Source: Bilabrum cf. latius (taxonomy: Eukaryota). Taken from it: 64,000 nucleotides of DNA. How positions within the stretch are numbered: position 1 is the stretch's first letter; every line of letters starts with the position of its first letter. The DNA lies in NCBI GenBank assembly GCA_965178125.1, contig OZ237741.1, positions 1,054,001 to 1,118,000 of the forward strand. The letters run 5' to 3'. Positions 1-12,275 of the stretch are shown piece by piece. Below the pieces are notes generated by a model. The model saw nothing but the letters and a program-made list of their open reading frames with translations, had not been told where the DNA came from and searched no databases. A program made the translations under genes and the position numbers.

Positions 1-696
1 GGTGCGAGAAGCAATTTCGCTGGGCATGCGCATGCTGTCTCGGCTATCAATGCGGCTTGCTCCTGCTACTCGTTCACTTGGACCGGCTCTACTTGAATTG
101 GCGGGGAGTGATAGATCATCCCACAGTTTGTGAGCCCATACGGTTGCCATCTGTCGCCCGCGATCATCTGAGCCCGCGTGGGGAGGTAGACAGCACTAGC
201 TGGTGTCCCACCACAGGGGCCACATGCAGAGCAACAGCGATCTAGCCAGGGTTACCACGCAATGGCTGTTCAGGTTCTCGCCATTCACGGTCAAATGGGA
301 CTCATAGATGCACTCTTGGCAAGGCATCCAGTTTACACGATTGATGTCTTTCGTTTGACCCGCGGACTCAACTTGCGCCTCTAAACCTGGTTGGCTAGGA
401 TCAGCACCCGACTGCTGCGAAGAGCCATCTTCAGTGCGTGAAGTCGCCCGAACATCTTCAAGTATCGAGGCCCAAGCTCGAAGCCAACAAGATGATGCAG
501 CAGAAAGTAGCGCAAGGCACACGACAAGACCAACAACGGCTGCAGGATCTGTCGGTCGAGCAGACATGATAGATGGTGCATCACCGGCACCTAAGGCACG
601 AGGCGACAGGCAGAACCCAAATACCACGACTGCAAATAATGCAGTTGAGACGGCCCAGCATGAAATTATTGGCAAATTGCTGACCCCTACTGCCAT
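1..696 (-). CDS. 5' part of a membrane protein paralogous to the 1562-9625 gene (runs off the window)
   Basis: ATG at 696 (MAVGVSNLPIISCWAVSTALFAVVVFG) aligns with the start of the 9625 gene (MTQDASSLPIKIFWAIVTALFAVVVLG). Nucleotide similarity is clear over ~190-690 versus ~9125-9620. The frame stays open to base 1 through one TAG (196-198). Confidence 0.8.
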
Positions 697-988
697 GACT
701 TGCGCTACTTCACTTCTACTGTCCGTTTGCTCTTCACCAGCTGCTGTGTGCCGGGTCAAGATTGGAGAGTGGTGATTCGAAATCAAGTCATGAAGGAGAA
801 AAGTACATAAATTCAAAACGAGCTTAATTTTCCCCGACAACACCGCAAAACTAGCGCAGCAACATCTCACCTCTCGAGATCACCGCAGCCCATGCAGATA
901 TGACATCCAGTTCCTGCACGAACCAATTACTCTAGTTGAATTGCACGAGCAGTATAATCACAATTTCTGAGCTACAGGCAATGTTTTG

Positions 989-1612
989 ATGGCAATCGAG
1001 AGAGCAATGGAGGACCAAAATCACAGAAGCTTTACGTGTCTTCATCATTCATTTCTAGACGGTCGCAAGGCCGTGCGACGTCCGGCGATAATCTCTACGC
1101 CGGACGAGAACGGCATCGTGGACGTCGTCTTTGAGCTGAACGGCGAGCAAAGAAAGATCGGTGTCACCGACGCTGAGTTTGCCAAGTCTGGCATGGCAAA
1201 GACGGTCAGAAAGGCGGACAAGGGCAAGCGAGGCGAGCTCGGTGCTCCCATGCCCGGCGTGGTGGTGGCTGTGAAGGTAGCGGTCGGAGACGAGGTCAAG
1301 GAGGGTGAGCCGTTCGTTACGCTGAGCGCGATGAAGATGGAGACGGTGGTGGGTGCACCCACTGACGGTGTCGTGAAGGAGGTATGCATCGGGACCGGCG
1401 ACACGGTGTCGGCCGGCGACGTGCTCGCGGTTGTGGGGGATACCGAGTTGCTTGTGTTTCATTATAGGGATATACCTAGTCTGGAGCGACAATTTATGCA
1501 CATCACCTCTGTCCAAGGCATCGTATTGGGAGCCCTGCAGCCAAGCTTCACGTGCTGTCAATCAGGTTTCGCCATCCTAAGAAGACGTCCGCCCAGTCCG
1601 ACTGGACTCTGA
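989..1612 (+). pseudogene. Isolated C-terminal fragment of pyruvate carboxylase (biotinyl-carrier domain); gene fragment or small stand-alone biotin-carrier ORF
   Basis: ~1090-1440 encodes VVFELNGEQRKI...KADKG...GAPMPGVVV...LSAMKMET (biotinylated Lys motif), typical of the pyruvate carboxylase C-terminus. An in-frame TGA lies at 968-970, with no carboxylase or transferase domains upstream. The ORF tail overlaps the 3' end of the opposite-strand gene (1562-1612). Confidence 0.6.
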
Positions 1613-4600
1613 CATGCCATTCCCACCCGACTCGCTAAGCTCCTGCACACTTGGCAAAGAAGCAACCGCAAAGCGACCCCAAGGATGTCGACCAGCTGGC
1701 TTGTGCCCTCCTGCGGCCTCTGTAATGGTCACCACACAACGGGCTGACGGATCACGAGCACCTCCTGCTGAGCCAGCGGCGGTAGCTGCCGCTTCATGCT
1801 CGCTGCCTTGTGCATCATCGAGTGGCAGACCGCTAGAGTCAGCTCCACGTACCGATCCACCAGCCCCTTGCCCCCGCAGCCTAGTTCTCATCTCTTCTTC
1901 TTTGTCAAGCAGCTTCACCCTCGCTTCTGACCTACTCACTCCAAGGGCCTCCAAATCTCTGTAGGCTGCCTGCTCCGCAGCAAGTTGTCCGATGACGACG
2001 TGGCGACAGTAGTACAAGCTGGACCACAGAATGCGGATGTGAAGCCTCCGACTGTACACCTCCAGGATGGCTCGCTCCTCTGCCTCCCGAGATTCCCGAA
2101 TCCTGTTCTTGCGCGCTTGCTTGGCTGATAGTGCCGATGTGGCTGCGTGTTGCTGCTTGACCTTTGGTACGCTTCCAGGCGAGCTGACTGCAGGCTAAGC
2201 TTCAGTCGCACCGATGCAATGGTGCGCAGCTGGGATCGAATCAAGCACTAGCCCGCTGGTTGTAGCGGTATTTGCACTTGATCCAGTGCCATCAGGAGCA
2301 CGATCGATGTCCCAGCGCTATTGAATCAATCGCTGCAGCTGCTGCTCGACTTCTGGATCGCTGGTAGCACCGGGCGGTCGCGTCACAGTGAGGCTTTTGC
2401 CAATTCGAAGCACCTCTCGACGCACTACTGCAGCGGCTGAGTTCTCGGGCAGCAGGAATGGATGCGCTGCCAAGATGCCTGCGTCGTACCGCAGGCTGGC
2501 AATAGGCTCCAGCAGCCCACGGAGCAGGTCCACACATTGAGGACTGATGTCTCGTGGGAGCATCCTCCAGCTCACGCGCCCCACCCGTGCAGCAGCAGCT
2601 TGCTGGTTGGCCGTGAGCCCATTGAACGGGAGCTTACCAGACACGAGCCAGAAGAGCGTCACCCCAAGCGAGAAGTAGTCGCTGGCCTTCTGTCCCTGGT
2701 GCATGAAGAGCTCAGGGGCCATATACATCGGAGTGCCGGCGATGCCTGCAGCAAAGGGGCGCTACTCGCGATGGATGACATCGCCATTTCGTGAGGCTCT
2801 GTCACCGCTTAGCTGATTTGGTATCAATGAAGACGACCGCCCAGAAGTCCTACCAGATGCAGGTGCATTGCTGCTTGCTTCGGGTAGTTGATTCTGGGCT
2901 GCGGCAATATCAACACTTGCAGGCCTCGTTAAAGCCTCGCCACCTGCTGCGCTGTCATCAGCTGGCTCGGGGAACAGGAAGCCGAGCAATCTGCTGGATG
3001 CGGCTGCAGCGACACCCTCGAGATCTCTGTCAGTGGATATATGATCATTTGGCATGCTCAAAATGAACGATCGGTACACATGCGATGCGTCTTGTATATC
3101 GAGTGCTGCAGATTCACCTGGCCTAACTCCCTCATTCTACATCTCAAATGCTGCGCCGGCGTCCTCAAGCTCGACCATACTACCAGCAATACCACCACCA
3201 GTTGATTTGACGAGAACGACTGCGTCAAACAAATCCGGCTCCTCCCGCAGAAGGGATCTGCCCTGCAGTATTGAGGATACTGAGGTGACTGCCAGCAGCC
3301 CACTGGAGGCGGACTCGAGCAAGTTCGCCAGCCTTGATGGTGAGACAGCATAAGGTGATGCTACATCAGACGTGCCCGTAATCAGCAGGACTGCCATGGC
3401 ACACTTGGGATAATACAATTGCACTTGAATTCCGTCCAAGTCTAATCTTCTAGTGGCTGCACTCGAACCAAAGCCCAGAGTCTTGCAGCTATTGTTGGCT
3501 GCAATGCCGCCGGAAAGGTTCAAATCTGCTCTTGGCAGCAGCAGCGGCAGGGCAAGCCTGACCTCGTCGTGGTGCAAGAGCTCCTGGGGTTGCCACACCG
3601 CCATTGCGCCCCTGGGATCTGAGCTGAAGCTGTGCCCAGGTACATTAGTCCTTGATACTCCCGCCCATTGGGACGAACGAGACGACATGAAGTCTCCAGA
3701 GCTATCACGGGTCACGCTTGCCAACTCGGGTTCAATTTCAAAGCTGCCGGAACCAATGGCTCCAGACCCACTATCTGTCGACGTTACAGAATTGTCGCGA
3801 CGAGCGGCTGATGCTGAGTTGATCGCTGGAATCTACACGGCCAATCCAAAGTCAATCAGCCGAGCATCCTGCATGCTGGACATGAGCACATTCGAGGGCT
3901 TCAGGTCCCGGTGCAACACCCCGGCGTGATGCAGCTTCGCAATCGTCCTGGCCAAGCTCCTTGCGATCGAACGCACATCCGATTCATCGACGCGCCACCG
4001 GCCCGGCTAGCCACGCACGAGGTCGCGCAGATTGGAGCCGGTGACTCGCTCCAGCACGATGGCAACTCTGGGCCCATCCACGACGACCCCGAAGATGCGG
4101 CAGGGTCCCGGGATATTCTCAGCGGCTGCCCGCGCGAGTGTCACCACCTCGTTGCGGATGACGTCAGCCCGCAAAGATGCCCGCCTGGCTGTGTGGCCAG
4201 CCGAGAACGAGCGATCCGAAAGCTCGCCCGGATTGCCGCTGCGAACGCTGATCTTCAGAGCCACATGCTTGCCGGTAGCTCGGTGCTGAGCGGCGTATAC
4301 TTTAGCAAATCCACCCTCGCCCAAGAGCTTCAAGAGCTTGAAGTCATCAAAGGACATCCACGATCTGCTTTCAAGCACAGCATTGGGGGAGTGGCCTGCA
4401 CTAGAGCGCTCTTCGGCATGGATCGCCCTTCCAACTACATAATACGCTGCAGGCGTAGTGGTATTCAACGCAACGCTGTTTGGATGCGCGCCCTGAGTAT
4501 CGCCGCACGAAGCTCCAGCAGGGCAGGCTGACATATCCACAGCCGGTACGGAGCCGTCTTGGATCAAGATACGATGCACAGTTTTTGACGATCCACCAGG

Positions 4601-7600
4601 CCGGGTCTCATGATTTGCATCGCCTACCTACAGCAGCCACGCGGCCACTTCCGTGCGCGCCTGACTGCCTTCTCCAGCCCTAAGGGCTACCGACAGCGCA
4701 TCTCGCCAAGCCCTTGCCCACGCAGGTGGCGCAAACTGCTGCGGTTGATCATCACCAGGAGCTGGGACCTCAGATACCCTCCAAGTGCCAGGCGTTGTTT
4801 CCTCAACCATGCACACTGCATACGAAGTACCATCCCAGTGAAGACCTGCCGTGACTGCTGGAATCAATGGCAGTGATTGGCTGCATTGCAGCACACCTTC
4901 CCACTCCAAGCCAACAGCATTGGAATCCGCGCAGTCATCTCTATGCATCATGCAAGCAATCCAGGGATGCTATTCGCGAACTGCCACAGCCACTGCGGGA
5001 GACAAGCTGACGCCCGTGGCATCTGCATGGGTCGCTTGTGCTGATCCAGATATCGACATGCTGCTGGCAATGGCCCCACCCGCACCCTGCCCACTATCCC
5101 CGTACTCTACATTGACGGGGTCGTGCCCGACGAGCCAAGCACACACTTCGCCCGTGGCGATACCGATCGAAGGTACAATCCCTACGCGCATCTACTCCAG
5201 CGTGTGGCGCACAGAAGCAGCCAGCTGGCATGCCCCAAGCACAGCCAGAGTGCTGGCATTGCTGCCTGTAGAGAGCACACTATCAGTTTGCACCTCGGAT
5301 TGACTGTCGAACCAGCCGAGCTGAATCGTGTCAGGCCCCACACTGACGCGAAGTGCTCCGAACTGCGCACACACCTGGTCGATTGACCTGCCGATGCGTC
5401 GAAACAGCGCTAGGGTAGCAAGGGGCCCCGCAAGATCGCTGACCTGAGCAAATCGGCGCAACCGCAAGGTCAAAATAGCGCCTGCGCCAAGAGACGCTGG
5501 TTGTCCGGCTATGGGTAGTGTCTGTTGGGGGGAGGCAATATCACCGAAACGCGATCCAGAGGTTGCGGTCAACTTGGCCAGAACTTGTCTTGGCATCAGC
5601 GTGGTCGCAGCTCGCTCCATCAGCTAGCGCTGCTACTCCTGACTCTTGCGTGTGCTCTTCGCAGCATGCCTCACCCTTGTCAGAAGGGCAAGCGACTCGC
5701 TGCTGTCGATGAAGTGCGTCAAAGCAAACTGCACGACGTACACCGATGCTACTACAGTATTGGCGATTCGCAGCACATTGACGTTGCTTTCGGCTGCGTC
5801 ACCAAGAAACTCGTTGCACCTGTCAGGCGCTGCTGCTGGGCCAAGGATCCAGCTGCGGATTGCAAGGTATAGGCCGTTCCCGGATGACATACCTAGGCCG
5901 ACCACGGCGAGAACTGTCCATACAGATGCCCCACAAGTTTTAATTATGCTGATAGCAAACAACATGGTCGCAATGACAGATGTGTTGTTCAACAAGGTGT
6001 TGTTCTGCGCTGTGCAAGTCGCAACGACGATGTCTAGTCGCGTCAGCAGCTTGTTGGCGGCTTGAGCAATCGTCGTAGCTGCAACAAGAGCTATGCTTTC
6101 TCTCTACGAAATGCTACCACAATGAGCATATGTGTATGCACCACGTGCAACCATCACTATGCTGACGAGTAACATGGGAAGGTAGATGAGGAAGATAGGG
6201 AGCCAGCCCACTGATGGGGAGTCGGGCGCAACACCGGCCTGCTCGTCAGCAGCTCTTTCAATACGATTCATGATCACGGCCCCTAGGATGCAATCGATAA
6301 GCTAACCAACTCCAAGAAGTCCAGCAATTGCTGGAGATTCCAGCACCATTCCTGTAGAGGCGTGGTAGCCTGGAGGAGAACCCCACGCACCGCTGCGCTT
6401 TTCACATTTGCGAGCCGAACGGTCTTTTTCGCTGCCTGCCTGAGGTAGAATGATAGCAGACAAAGGCCCAAGCCTCGATTCTATAGCTTTTGATGCGGCA
6501 AATCTACTCGATGTAATAGTTGTCATCGGCAAGAGTTGTGCGGTGCTGTCCTTGCTGCTACGATTTGCACCGTGCAAGAACCGCACCGCCCAACGGGGCG
6601 GGAGCCACTCACTCGGCGACCTGGGTCGGACAGTGAGCTGGTATGAAGCGAGAGCGTCCTTGTCAATAACACTGAATAGAAGCTCTCGAATGGATCTTGC
6701 ACACTCCTGCGCAGAGATTGTCCGTTCTGCCGTTGGACTGGATTGTTGCTTGCGTTCGTCAGCAAAGCACAACACGACGCACTATTCACCAGTTTCATCC
6801 ACTGGCCCACGCCTCTCGTGATGATGCGCAAACTATGCAGCAGCAGCCGCACCACCGGCAGCCGTAGTTGGGCTTGACCCTCCTGGCGTGTGTCTCTTGT
6901 TTGCCACACCGTGACTGGCAGACTGCACCCGATTCTTGGGCCTGCCCTACTTCAGCATGGAACGAAGCGTCTTGCATGCCGCAAGCACTCGCTACAGGCG
7001 CTTCAAATCGAGGGTATAGCGTAAACGGTTCGCCTCCTACTCTTCCTGATGGACATCATGAGACACGATTGCCAAGTGCCATTGCACGGCCGATTCGGTT
7101 GCCGCTTGCATGGATTTGAGCGTGCTATCAATACGGTCACACGTCCTGTGACCCAACACAACGTGGCACACTGCATCAAGCTAAGGACCCGCCCCAACCA
7201 GAGTAGCACCGCACAATCGCTTGGCCTCGTCCATGCCGCCCCCGAAGGCGTGCCACTCTTGCGGCTGCTGCTACTCGCCCAGCAGTCCGATGGACATCGA
7301 GCTCTGCGAAGAGGACGGGTAGGACACTCCAGCAATCAATGTGTAGTCCGTTGCATCACGCGACCTAATGGACGCAGATAGTGCGTGCTCGATCGCGCAC
7401 AGGCACTGGAACGCTGTCACATCCCGCTGCTCGCTGTGGCCAAGGATAGGAGCCTGCCTCGCTGGTGTCCTCAAGCCGATGGCTCCAATCCAAGTAGCAG
7501 ACTAGACACAGGGCAATGCTACCGCTGCAACGCTTGTATTGTCAACTGTTCTGGGCATGGGGGGAGAATTTGCATGAGTCTCTGGGTGGTGTGGCACCCA

Positions 7601-9625
7601 GGTGTCGATTTTGTCCATGGAGAGAGCTTGCGCAAAGTCCTGAAACGGAAACTGCGCAAGCCACGCAAGCGACTGCCTTTGTGACCCATTTATCAGTCCC
7701 ATAGCGGTAATGGGGATTTCCAAGCCGTGGCCTCGACCCCTGACTTGCATAGCCGAACGGAACAGCTCTGAGGCCCTGCGCAGCACGCCAGCGCTCTGCA
7801 TCGCCGCAGCCCTGGGCTTTAGGTTTTGGCCCAGAAAGTCGTATCGATCAAAGAGTGAGCAGAGGGCTGCCTGTCCCTCGCGAGCATCTGAATGCTCTGA
7901 ATGGATGCCAGACGCTCCAACAGATGCGTCCGGTCGTTCTACATTGCGAGTCAGTCGTGCTGCCAGAACCACAGGCTTGGTCTCGAATGCAGTGACACCA
8001 GCATCTAGACATTCCTGCGCAAATGACGGCACCTGGCTCACCACTGTGCGCAAAATGGCAGTCTGTTGCCGACGGGCCGCAATGATAGACTGCAGTAGCT
8101 CGGACTCGGCCATCTCAGCACGCCATCGGAGGTACACGGAATCGATGCCCATGGCGATGGGCAATAGCAGTGAGTCAAATATTGTGATTGAGAGAAGAGA
8201 CAAGGTGATACCGAGCCCGTTCAGTCCTACAGGACTCGCGAAGTCATACCTCGTGGCAGCTGGAAGCAGGTCAATGTCCCCACGACCGAGAGGCCAGGCA
8301 TCCCCAAGGCTGCTGATCACTGCGTGTAGCACTGCTGTCCAGATCGTGTAGAATAGCTGCAGGCCGACCCATGGAATAGCCGCCCTATCATAGTCCAGTC
8401 TGGCCAGCGCGGGCCATAGAATCCACATGGAGAGGACCTTATTGCTGCCCCTACCTGGCCCAACGAACAGGTCCAGTGCCATGCCCAGGATCGTGAACAG
8501 GACAAGCGTACCGACTGGGATGCCAATCATCCCGAGGAATCGGATCGCTTCTAGTAGTCTCTCCTTTGGCATCACTGCAGCGCGCCTTTCGAATTGTAAT
8601 GCACTGCTAGTTCCACTTGTGGCGGCGTTGCGCTGACCCTGCCGTTGCCCAAATGTCGGCGACTCTGCGACCATTGATTCGCTGGACGCAGCAAGTCCTA
8701 TGCTCTACGTGCGCTCCTCGCTATGTATCTAGTTAACGGTCGGCTTGCCAACGTCACCGGAAACCTCAAATGACCTTGCTTCAGGCGCCAAAGCGTGCGT
8801 TGCCGTGTCGTGCTGACCAACGGCAACCTCGCCTTCGAGCATGGTCTCGTCAACGGACTCTTCAGAGGGCAGAACCTGGTGTACTCCTGCCAAGGAAGCT
8901 CGCTGGGGTGATTTTGACTGACGCGCGGCTCTATTACCTGGCTTCGTGCAGGAGGAAATCGCTTGTGGACCGTGTGGCCTAGTGGAGCCATGCCGCCTAG
9001 CTCCGACCACTTGCGCGCTAGGACCACTTTTACTGGCACTATCGGGGTCTGATAGTTTCTACCATAGCCTAATAGCCCAACGGACCGTCATTTGTTGGTC
9101 CGTAGCACCTGCAAGCGGACAGCACAAGCTAGTGTCCCACCACAGGGGCCACATGCAGAGCAACAGCGACCTTGCCAGTGTTACCACGCAATGGCTGTTC
9201 AATTTTGCGTCATCCTCGGTCACATGGGACTAACAAATACACTCCTAGCAAGGCATCCAGCTCGCATGGCGGGTGTCTGGCGTGGGATTCAGCAACTTGG
9301 GACGCTACCGGAGCTGGCGTGAGCGGTCAGCTTGCTACTGGAGGGCAGAGCCACCATCCTCAGCGCGCAAAGTCCCCCGGCCGCCTTCCAGTGCTGAAGA
9401 CCAAGCACGAAGCCAGCATGAGGATGCCGCAGAAATCAGCGCCATGCACACGACAAGAGCCGGAACGGCTGCATGATCTGTCGGTCGAGCAGACATGATA
9501 GATGGTGCATCACCAGCGTTAAGGACACGAGGTGACACAGAAAACCCCAACACTACCACCGCGAATAAGGCAGTTACAATGGCCCAAAATATTTTTATTG
9601 GCAAGCTACTGGCATCTTGTGTCAT
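1562..9625 (-). CDS. ~2687-aa multi-pass membrane protein with degenerate class III nucleotide-cyclase-like domains and a C-terminal Ser/Thr kinase with a large activation-segment insert
   Basis: One frame from ATG 9625 to TGA 1562, interrupted only by 29 TAG codons (manual count) and by no TAA or TGA. Hydrophobic clusters lie at ~9430-9590, ~8150-8530 and ~5700-6200. Cyclase-like segments include ERAATTLMPRQV...LRVSVGPD...SIGIATGEVCAWLVG. Kinase motifs are GEGGFAKV, VALK, HRDLKPSN, DFG, GTPMYMAPE and DYFSLGV. Confidence 0.85.
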
Positions 9626-10099
9626 ACCTTGCTCGTACTTCCAACTGTAGTTCTGCTCCTTCAACAGCCTTCGTTAACCGAAGCGAATCTTGAGAGCTTG
9701 TTTATTTCACAAAGAAAAAAATACCTCGGGTGATTTCAATGATAACTGAGCAAGCCTGGCAACCACAAGCAATCACCGCGATTGTTGCATACCACCGCAG
9801 CAGGCTGTCCCACCTCCACAAACAGACTAAAAATTCCACGGTAGGGCAATCAAACGTCGCAGATGTTGCAAGTACTACAGCTGACAGGCACGGACGAACT
9901 GATAGTGATAGATCTACTGGCTGGAAGGCAAGAGTTGCGAATAAGTCTAGATTAAAGCTTCATCTTTCATTAAAGGTGAATGGACTTCGTTTGTGTCAAC
10001 TGGTTCATGGTGGTCGCGTGGTATGCCGCAGGATGCAATGTACTAGTTACGTCGCCAGTGCTGCATTTTCGACTCGCACCATCTAGAGCCCCCACAGCC

Positions 10100-11896
10100 T
10101 CAGGAAACTCGCTTTCGCTTGGAGCCCATCGGTCCCTCGACACCATCACCGGCAAGCTCGGCATTCTTTACGTCGAGCACGAGCATGTGGCCGGGCTTGT
10201 GCGTGATCGCGACGGGCAGCATGGCGTTCTCCAGGGCGGCCTGAGGAGTTACTCCGCATGCCCAGAACACAGGCAACTCGCCTTCTCTGATCTCAACAGG
10301 GTCACCAAAGTCGGGCTTGCTCAGGTCATCGATGCCCAGTGACCTCGCACCGCCCACCTGCACCGGAGCACCGTGCACCCTGGGGAACTGCGAGGTCACT
10401 TTCACGGCCAGCTCTGCCTGCTCTTCCGTCATCGGGCGCATGCTCACTACCAAAGGACCCCGGAATGGACCCGATGAGGTGCACTGCACGGTGGTGCGGT
10501 ACATAGGGACGTTGCAGCCGGCTTCCACGTGTCTCACGGGGACCCCCGCGCGCAGCAGCGCCTCCTCGAACGAAAATGAGCAGCCGAGGAGGAAACCCAC
10601 CCACCTTTCACTCTGCCCACCTGTGCTAGTTTTGGCTGCGGACGAGGAGGTCGCCCGACTCGGGCTGCTGCCGATGTCAAGGCTGCTTGCTGTTGCACCT
10701 GCCGGGCGGTCCACTGCGGAGCTGGAGTTGGCCCCAGCGCCGGAACACGGGCCCGAGCTTGAGCCTGAGCTTGAGCTTGAGCCTGAGCTTGAGCTTGAGC
10801 TAGAGCTTGAGCTAGAGCTGGAGCCTGAGCTGGAGCTAGACAATGGAACAGGCGGGGCAATTTCGGAGTCATCCACAGCTGTTTGGGAGCTGCTAGGACC
10901 GGCGTCGGCTCCCCGCATCCACTGCTCCACCTCGGCTGCACCCCCGTCGGCTGACTTGCGACCACCTCGCCAGAGCACGTACCTAGGCACGGTCGTGCAA
11001 ATGCTCGAGTACTCAGTCTCGCGGATGAGAACCTTCGCTTGGAGATCCTCTGGGTTCGCCGCGGGGCCAACCTCCTCGATGAGTGGGCACGGCTTGGGGT
11101 TGAGCTAGCAGAAGCGGCGGAAATCGTCGGCGTGAGACTCCGGCAGGATGACCAGGTTTGCCTGCGCGTAGCCGTGGCAGTGCCCGCACGTCGGCCCAGT
11201 GAACTCGCCTCTGGAAGCTGCACGGCGGAGATCTGCCGGGGCTGAGAATGGGCCGGCAGCAGACGTTCCGCTGCTCGATGCAGCTGCAGCAGCTGGTGCG
11301 CCATGCTCATGCTGCTGCTTTGGTGCTTCACGGCGCCTACGTTTCGAGGGGCTTGGACTACTCTCCAGCTAAGTGACAGAGGAAACGATATCGTTCACAC
11401 GTTTCACAGTCGCGGCAGGGAAGCTCTAATATACGCTCTCTGGGGCCACCGCGTACACACCAGCAGCTCCAGCCCCGACCTTAACACCCGTCGCTGCCTT
11501 TCCCGATGATTTGGCTTCGAGTCGAATCACATTGACGCCTTCAGCTTCTAGCATAGCGACTTTCTTTTGAATCTTCGCCGATTTTGGGTCTGTCTCACCG
11601 GCAAAGCCTCCAATCTGGCGGTTTGCAGCCACAACACGGTGACAGGGAACCCTGGGAGCAAACGGATTATTTTTCAAAGCCTGGCCTACGCTTCGAGCCC
11701 CTCCAGGCGGCATTCCGAGGGCATTTGCAATGGCCCCGTACGTGGTCACTTTAGAAGCTGGCACCGCATGACAAAGCAGCAGCACTTTCTGCCGGAAGGC
11801 GGATAAGCCTGTCTTCAATCCAATAGAAACTACCTCGCTTGGGAGTATTCGATCAGAAATGTCCCTGCCTGGAACGATGCCATGCCACAGCGACAT
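10100..11896 (-). CDS. 598-aa fusion of an O6-alkylguanine-DNA alkyltransferase (MGMT/Ogt) domain and a DUF1445 (YcsI / D-glutamate cyclase-like) domain
   Basis: N-terminal KVTTYGAIA...[10 protein letters not shown]....VPCHRVV is the MGMT active site. The same frame continues through TAGs at 11426, 11369 and 11105 into [11 protein letters not shown]...[39 protein letters not shown] and FWACGVTPQ (DUF1445). Ends at TGA 10100. Confidence 0.88.
10755..10840. repeat. Imperfect (GAGCTT/GAGCCT)n hexamer repeat encoding a poly-Ser insert in the DUF1445 domain
   Basis: Visible hexamer run; translates as [10 protein letters not shown]... on the coding (-) strand. Confidence 0.85.
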
Positions 11897-12275
11897 GGAA
11901 TTCAGCTGCGCCGGGATTATTCGAGAGCAGAGTCTCTGCGAAGCTAAATAAGACGGAGCATAAGATTGAAGACCTTAGCTTCATGTTACGCAATGAAAAA
12001 TGTCAGGTGAGGGTCTATAGCTCTCACCAAGAGGCAAAATACACAGGTGGTGCAAAGTGCAAAGTGCAACTGGCGATCCAATTTAACCAATTTTAAAACG
12101 CAACCTCTCCGTCGCCGATCGCACAGAAACAAAAGCCAGTTCACTGATAGACAACGCTGCACAACGCAGAACATTGAGAATCAACAACAATGCGATACAC
12201 CGCAGTGAATCCGAGGTGTCGCGTGGACATTAAAACAACACACACCCCATCCCAGGCCAGCCGACTGGCCACTCG

